Origin: Phoronis australis
Lineage: Eukaryota > Animalia > Phoronida
Assembly (NCBI GenBank): GCA_002633005.1
Contig: NMRA01001105.1
Location: forward strand, 1-54,251
Reading direction: 5' to 3'
Length of the DNA: 54,251 bases
This document shows positions 49,501 to 54,251 of the stretch, in pieces (position 1 is the first letter of the stretch; every line of letters starts with the position of its first letter). Under the pieces are notes generated by a model. The model was not told where the DNA came from. It searched no databases and worked only from the letters and a program-made list of their open reading frames with translations. The position numbers were made by a program, and so were the translations under genes.

Positions 49501-52500
49501 GCACAACAGAAGTCAAATGTTTACAGTTTCAGGAGAACGTTTTCAAGTTTCTGAGAAATTCTTGGTAGAACTTATACATCCAGTGACGCAAGCGCAGTAC
49601 TTGCACCCCCCTTTCATGTTCACCAATCGTCAACTCACAGTAAATTAGTATGCATCACATGTAACTGCTTGAAGTCATTTCCGAATATATGCTACAATGA
49701 AGTGTTCACGTGTTGTGAGTGAACGTTTTTGTTTACATTTAACACCTTTTCGCGGAATAAGTAATTGAAAATTTGCGACAATCTAAAAACGAGAGCGCTC
49801 GGAGGAGCGACACTTGGCGGAACTAATCGAAAAGACGACGATGAGGGAGACGACGACAATCAAGACGATCACGGCGGCAATTATGAATAAGACGATAACA
49901 CGATAACATTCATGTGACTAGCGAACAAATCAAATAGAGAGCATACATTCAACTACATTAAAGAACAATAGATGGCGCAACATGACGGACGAGCCATGCT
50001 TTAAAGTAGGACAGTGCTGGCTGGGTCAGTCTGCGTCAACTAGGCATAACCAAAACAAAGTGAACTGAAAGCCAGCCACCTGCGCGTTGCAGAGGAACAA
50101 CGGTATCCGAAAATCTCGAATAATTCGAAAAGTAGACGTTGTAGCGCAAAATGGAAAATATCTTCTGAAAGCCCGTTCAAATCTCTATCTAAAGTGGTAG
50201 TTTGGCAAAAATCCAAAAAATTTTCGAGAAAATTGAAAATTTGCCGTTTTTTTTTGAAATTCAAAGTCAAATAACTCGAAAACGGAAAGTCTGAGAAATA
50301 CGCTCTCGCAGACTTTTTGAAAGGCCATACTTCAAGGAATCCACATGCAAAAATTCACGTCATTTGCTCTTCCCATAAAAAATGCGACACCAGAGCGATT
50401 GAAATCGTGTGAACATGCGCCACAGCCGCCATCTTGAAAGTGACTTCCGGTTCAATAATTTCTTATAAAAGCTTATTAAACTCAACAAACACGTGACCAG
50501 TTTGAAAGTGATTGGTTTGCAATTGCGCCCTCTACAGGAGAAAACGTTTTTAGCCATATTTCGGGGTGCGCATGCGCCACGTCCAATATTTCCGCCATCT
50601 TTGACCGGAAGTCAACGATTTTCTGCAAAATTGTAGTACATGCGCTGTAATATATTCGTACAGATTTTCAGCCATGTAGGTCGAAAAATGCTGCCTCTAC
50701 GAGTATTTGACTGTGAAATCGGATACAAAATGGCCGCCACGTCCGCCATTTTGTATCCGATCATGACCAAAAACAAAAGGCTTCTAAAACTTTCCGATCT
50801 ACACGTTGTGTGCAAATTTCGTGAAAATCGGACCAAGATTGCGACCTGTAGAGTGCGAACAAAAAAAAAACTTGACGACAGATCAACATACTTGTCGGAA
50901 CTCGAAGAATTCCGCCAACTAATAAGCAATTTGCGTAGCACTTTATAACCGGTAGTAGTGCGTTGCATTTCAAACAATGTTCATGAACCCACTCTTGGAT
51001 GACAGAGACAATCAAGCTAATCTAAAGAAGGAACGTAAATCTATAATCAGCCATTCTGAATTGTTGTAGAAGAAATGTTCGTTGTTGTATCTGATATCAT
51101 TTTTGCAAAGAACAATCATCAACCCAGGTCTCGATATAAATCACCATCCTAGGTTGTGAACGCTCAAAAGTGCCACTGACTGTTCAAAGGTGCATTTCAA
51201 AGTCTGTGCCGATACGCTAAGCCTCGGGCGTATTCATACACATGAAAGTTGAGCTTTATCGTACTTTCGATAAGCCTGAATTGATTGACAAGTTGCTTTG
51301 ATAAATTTAGGGTCTTTGGTAGACAAAATCGATTGGGCGCAGCGTGAAAATTGTAGATGTAAATACATGTACATGTAGGCGGCAAAGAAGTAACAAATTT
51401 GTCGAAAGATTGTTGTTATACATGTACACCTGTAGCTAGTCACAAACAGCCATTTTGGAGTTCAGGAGAGACAGCTGCGGACCCCGCACGGGAATGCTCA
51501 GAATAGGCCTATGTACTTGTGGAGCATTATATTGACATCGGAAAGGATAGCTTTGGTTATACCATGTAAATCTGAGTGAGCGTATTAAGGTCATACCGAT
51601 ACTCGAAATATCGTTTTACATGTACTCACACCCTTGATACCAGCACTACCATGCACCTCAGAAATTCTCTTTTCGTCAAGGCTTTTGTGCCCAGTGCACT
51701 AGTAATTAAATATGGATAGTTTTTACCGTTTTATAACGGATATGGCAATTTCAGTCATATTTTATTGTAAAAAATTATACTTGAATACAACGCACAGGCA
51801 CGTGCTTTCTTGTCGCGATACAAGCGCATCAAGACTGATGCACTTAAAAGGCGGATAAGCCTACGCCTGGCCTAAGTAATCACCATTCGCAGAACACACG
51901 TTGCTCACTTTAATGGCAGGGAATGCAATCGACATGTACATGCAGCATGGCGTTGGACCTTACCACGGATGGAGACACTTAAAACATTGCGTTCGGGCAG
52001 CAAAACTGAAAGCGATATAAGAATAAGGGTAAAAGTGTCCACGAACTTATAAATGCGTGACGAGGACTATAAATAACTTCTTACGTTGATAACGGCTGCC
52101 TTTTGTGTGTATACCGCACCATATTGACCACTAAGTCTCACCTTGCTCTAAAGTTTGGACGGCCTCGTTGAATGTATCTTCGGCTTGTTTTGTACTCTTG
52201 GCTATCATGGTATTATTTGTAGTTATCAAGTCGTATAAACATTCTGAACTATTGCCACAGATGCTGCGTTGTTCTGCTGTGACGATTTTCGAGGACAAAA
52301 GCTCGTCTACGAATGTTGGCTCGAATTCCCTTCGGCTTTGAGAGTTGTAGAAGTCGTAATCCTTGCCAGGAGAGTATGTAAATAAGGAATCATTGGCTTC
52401 AACACGCCCTAGGAAATTAAGAGCAGACCATATAAAAGACAGCGCAGCATAAAATTGAACACTTTCAAATTCTTAAATTGAAACTTAAATGAAAAATGAG

Positions 52501-53157
52501 TAATGCAACCGAAATGAATATTTTCGGAATAAGCAGGTGATGCAGTTTTTATATATCAACATTAAAAATGACTAAACTGAATATCAGGCGCATAATCTAA
52601 CACGTGGGTTGTTATTCCCCGATTCGCGTTACGCAGACGAATGCACGGGGTTTTTATTAAACAATGGCGTTTGTTGAAGGTGCATGTACACCTAGTTTAA
52701 TTGGAAAAGGCGAAAACACGTATTTTAGCCCGACTAAACGGGGGTACGTTTCTCACGCAACACCGTAGTTTTGTAGTTTTATAGAGGATCGTAAATTAGC
52801 ATATAAAATCGAAAAGCCTCTGCGACAGAGGTCTAACAAAAGCGAGACTGTCTGGTATTGGACTGAAAAACGAACACTCGCCACCGTGTGGAAATCCTCG
52901 GGTAGTTTTATAGCCTCACGTTACTCCTCGGAGGTGTTTCATATCTGCGCTTTTGCAATGTTCAATCAGACTGGCGCTAGTCATGTGACACGCGCGCAAA
53001 AACATGATAATCAACAGTTTCAACTTGAACATACAACTCTCTCCAAATGCGTGTATCTGCTTCGCGGCTGCGTCGTGATGTAGCGTAGTTCCGTTAGGAT
53101 ACATGAAGTCGTCGGATGCATTTCCGTTCCACACTCCCAGAAGTCCCCGTGTGTTAT
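34264..53157 (-). CDS. Partial (5'-open) multi-exon gene: MUC4/SUSD2/mesh-like type I membrane protein, VWD - 7 sushi - SEA - sushi - EGF-Ca - TM - tail
   Basis: Sixteen exons chain in frame by splice phase from 53157 to the TAA at 34264-34266. Domains were recognised from cysteine patterns and motifs (see the exon features). Confidence 0.9.
34892..35042 (-). CDS. Exon: transmembrane helix and stop-transfer
   Basis: ttttcag|...CAA TC|gtaagt; HQPTKSHFAYIMGGISAALVLLIVFVAVIGVRLCRKRKSPPNDKSRSDQS. Confidence 0.9.
35075..36037 (-). mobile_element. Kolobok-like non-autonomous element carrying a broken THAP domain
   Basis: TTAA on both flanks (35071-35074, 36038-36041); imperfect TIR 11/15; perfect 16-bp subterminal inverted repeat (35235-35250, 35894-35909); KRCVSGACSN...SVF/PKD...KWHDFVRRTR...LCSAHFEDSCF with a 1-nt frameshift. 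Confidence 0.7.
36987..37109 (-). CDS. Exon: calcium-binding EGF domain
   Basis: ttccag|...TCA G|gtacag; VDECSIGLYNCDPDALCRDTDGSYSCTCRNGYMGNGTFCS. Confidence 0.92.
37301..37701. mobile_element. PIF/Harbinger-like MITE
   Basis: About 40-bp imperfect TIR G(T/G)CCCGGTCTC(T/C)AATCTTT.TACTCGAAA...; 3-bp direct repeat CTG on both flanks; internal ACTCGA motifs in both orientations. Confidence 0.8.
38092..38271 (-). CDS. Exon: sushi 8
   Basis: ttccag|...CAG A|gtaagt; IDCSKPRGEDINAVRTGSSFTYGYALTYICKPGYERKSGEATLKCLSDATWNGLPLQCQ. Confidence 0.9.
38414..39910 (-). CDS. Three exons (39798-39910, 38830-38891, 38414-38586) encoding a SEA domain
   Basis: VNITMRLSLEYKANYKNLSDPVTQLLLKDLYTA / LIQRYSEAIKHFKDIRITHLR / NGSLFVDLQLLL...; phases 1-0, 0-2 and 2-1 chain correctly; LRNGSLFVD matches the SEA (F/L)R.GS..V motif. 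Confidence 0.85.
41042..41218 (-). CDS. Exon: sushi 7 (177 nt)
   Basis: KKCGPPSANTNSSVRSTSQEYEGVATYWCDTGFEMSGGNVKRICSSEGNWTGNPLECS; AG/GT present. Confidence 0.92.
41407..41583 (-). CDS. Exon: sushi 6 (177 nt), acceptor reads AA instead of AG
   Basis: KTCGDPNINPNSMVTSTSHEYEGVASYSCDAGYEQSGGNVTRFCDVGAQWTGNPMECS; donor gtaggt intact; acceptor cttgcaa. Confidence 0.75.
41836..42012 (-). CDS. Exon: sushi 5 (177 nt)
   Basis: KKCGAPPLNANSSASSTSQEYEGLATYSCNAGFEHSGGNVTRFCGTDGKWTGTPVTCS; AG/GT present. Confidence 0.92.
42167..42343 (-). CDS. Exon: sushi 4 (177 nt)
   Basis: KKCGRPTANANSTVTTTSEMYEGVATYSCDDGFEQSGGNVTRICDADARWNGNPVECS; AG/GT present. Confidence 0.92.
42532..42708 (-). CDS. Exon: sushi 3 (177 nt)
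   Basis: KKCGPPPFDVNSSVSSTSQEYEGVATYSCEVGFQQSGGNITRLCGTDGNWTGNLLECS; AG/GT present. Confidence 0.92.
42873..43049 (-). CDS. Exon: sushi 2 (177 nt, phase 1-1)
   Basis: KHCGPPPFNANSSVNSTSWVYQGVATYSCNAGFDQSGGNLTRICDTDGTWSGAAIECS; AG/GT present. Confidence 0.92.
43602..43653 (+). ncRNA. Minimal type I hammerhead-ribozyme-like motif
   Basis: CUGAUGA-U-GGUGUU(loop)GACACC-GAAA-CAUG-UC at 43607-43645: complete core, 6-bp helix II, single-pair helix III with palindromic CAUG tetraloop and GUC triplet; helix I eroded. Confidence 0.6.
44083..47888 (-). mobile_element. L1/Tx1-clade LINE, near full-length ORF2, inactivated
   Basis: APE endonuclease start (LKVTSLNC...IYCLQDTH); KSKARWIEEGEKPSKYFLHLE; RT motifs LIDFEKAFDSLSW, GCTQGDPLSP, QYADDT; C-terminal CSFC...ETLSHLF; multiple frameshifts; AATAAA (44096-44101) then a short A-run (44083-44088). 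Confidence 0.95.
49121..49306 (-). CDS. Exon: sushi/CCP domain 1
   Basis: tttcag|...AAC C|gtaagt; IVRCPPLPITNIANG...GDSVTFICHPGYELVGRNRSTCNGAGSWSPISAPSCN. Confidence 0.92.
49787..50925. mobile_element. Helentron-like non-autonomous element(s), tentative
   Basis: Short hairpins near both ends (gctcggaggagc; ttgtcggaa...ttccgccaa), a GAC/GAT low-complexity tract, and repeated aaaatggccgcc / ccgccatcttg / aaatttcgtgaaaatcgg motifs. Confidence 0.45.
52142..52408 (-). CDS. Exon: post-VWD region
   Basis: ttcctag|...CAA G|gtgaga; WRVEANDSLFTYSPGK...FEPTF...ICGNSSECLYDLITT...IAKSTK, the SLFTY / CG...C.YD...T pattern that follows VWD in this family. Confidence 0.88.
53035..53157 (-). CDS. Exon: VWD domain C-terminal part
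   Basis: tttcag|...AGT T|gtatgt; NTRGLLGVWNGNASDDFMYPNGT...IHAFGES(W), matching the T.GLLG.WN....DDF..P.G and FG..W pattern of MUC4/SUSD2/mesh VWD. Confidence 0.9.
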
Positions 53158-53333
53158 CTGAAATGAAAGCACCATCATTTTTAGGCACATGTTATTCACC
53201 ATTGATTGCCAAATTCAATTTCAGACACTTTAGAGATTTAATAATCCGCGTGAATGTACAGTATCTTTTTCAAGTATTCCGGCGGTTTGTCCCAACAAAT
53301 GTTTGTACATGTAATTCGTATACGATTACCTTT

Positions 53334-53617
53334 TGCCTAAGCAGGCCTCTGAAGCAAATCGGAATGCTCGTTTAGCTGTGGAAATTTCACCAAATAGTCC
53401 AAGCCCTCATAATTTACAGCAATGGTACTGAATATTGGTGAAATCTGAATACAGAACCTTGGCCCTGCTTTTGCCTTATCCAAAATGTTTTACAGCTTTT
53501 TGGTTTTTCGAAATTAACAGCATTGCTGTCAAAAAACAAGCCTCGAATCGCCTGTCTTAGAAATTTAAACGTTCATCTTTTGGTCCAAAGCTGTGGTTTT
53601 AGAGGCCTATTTAGACA
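53334..53617. mobile_element. Possible small MITE
   Basis: Imperfect 22-bp inverted repeats around an AGGCCTCT core at 53343-53350 and 53601-53608; no clear TSD. Confidence 0.3.
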
Positions 53618-54251
53618 ATGAGGCAACTTCCTATAGCGTTAGGTAATTGCAACTTTTTTTTTAAAATCTTACTGAAATTTAAGCGAATCAATTTCTCAAC
53701 GGGTTGATAGATCTGTTCATATATCTCTTCGGTACAATCAAGTATGTTTTACTCCACCTAATTATAACCACGTCTCCACGATTTATTATATAAACCCCGA
53801 TATTGGGTTCGAAAGCTTTAATTTAAACAACAATGTACATGTTTTGCAAACAATAGGGCAGATTCAAACTAGATTTACATGTACGTGTATAGCGCATCTG
53901 AACAAAAGCAATAAACAGTAAGTGTTATAAAGTGACTTAAATTTACGTGTACATGTAATTTCTGCATTATATAATTCTCAACACTTAAGAGCATGTTCGC
54001 GAATGGACCAGGCAGAGGGTGATAAACGCTATGTCACAGATTCTCTTTATATTTTGTCTGTGAGATGACACTGACCCCACTGACTCCAGACCACCTTTAT
54101 TTTTTTTCAAAACGCCCCCTTTTGGTTTCCATGGATACTATTTGTTTCCGACAAGTTTTCAGCCTGGCGGCACTCAAGTTTTAGTAAAATTCCGACAGTT
54201 AAGTTACGCAGTGGAAGTAACGTTGAAATATTGAACCTGTGTTATTGATCA

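Noticed and set aside
50040-51015. Several overlapping 65-121-aa ORFs
   Set aside because: They fall in a non-autonomous repeat, occur on both strands and show no protein motifs.
51630-51698. 69-nt candidate extra exon of the mucin-like gene (AG...GTGAGT)
   Set aside because: In-frame TGA in the required phase and a weak polypyrimidine tract; the flanking exons join without it.
1-54251. Prokaryotic-type defence or operon system
   Set aside because: Spliceosomal exon-intron structure, metazoan domains and eukaryotic transposons throughout; no long uninterrupted ORFs or operon organisation.

Overview
Intron-rich, AT-rich eukaryotic (metazoan) genomic DNA, probably from a marine invertebrate. 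The taxon cannot be fixed from sequence alone. No prokaryotic genes, CRISPR arrays or rRNA were seen. Two partial spliced genes face each other. (1) On the + strand (98-12382), eleven exons encode parts of five tandem C-type lectin domains with Pro/Thr-rich linkers (macrophage mannose receptor-like). Two single-N assembly joins at 4763 and 12383 interrupt it. (2) On the - strand (53157-34264) lies the 3' part of a type I membrane protein: VWD - 7x sushi/CCP - SEA - sushi - EGF-Ca - TM - cytoplasmic tail (MUC4/SUSD2/mesh-like). It includes an array of six 177-nt sushi exons, one with a broken splice acceptor. The rest is largely transposon debris: a decayed L1/Tx1 LINE, Penelope-like RT and GIY-YIG relics, ISL2EU-type THAP, YqaJ and DDE relics, a Kolobok-like THAP element, hAT- and Harbinger-like MITEs, Helentron-like non-autonomous elements and satellites. 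The most unusual signal is four minimal hammerhead-ribozyme-like cores. One lies just downstream of a tRNA-derived Pol III head that is itself duplicated in inverted orientation, a candidate Penelope-mobilised retrozyme/SINE. All calls are by manual reading; none was checked against a database.
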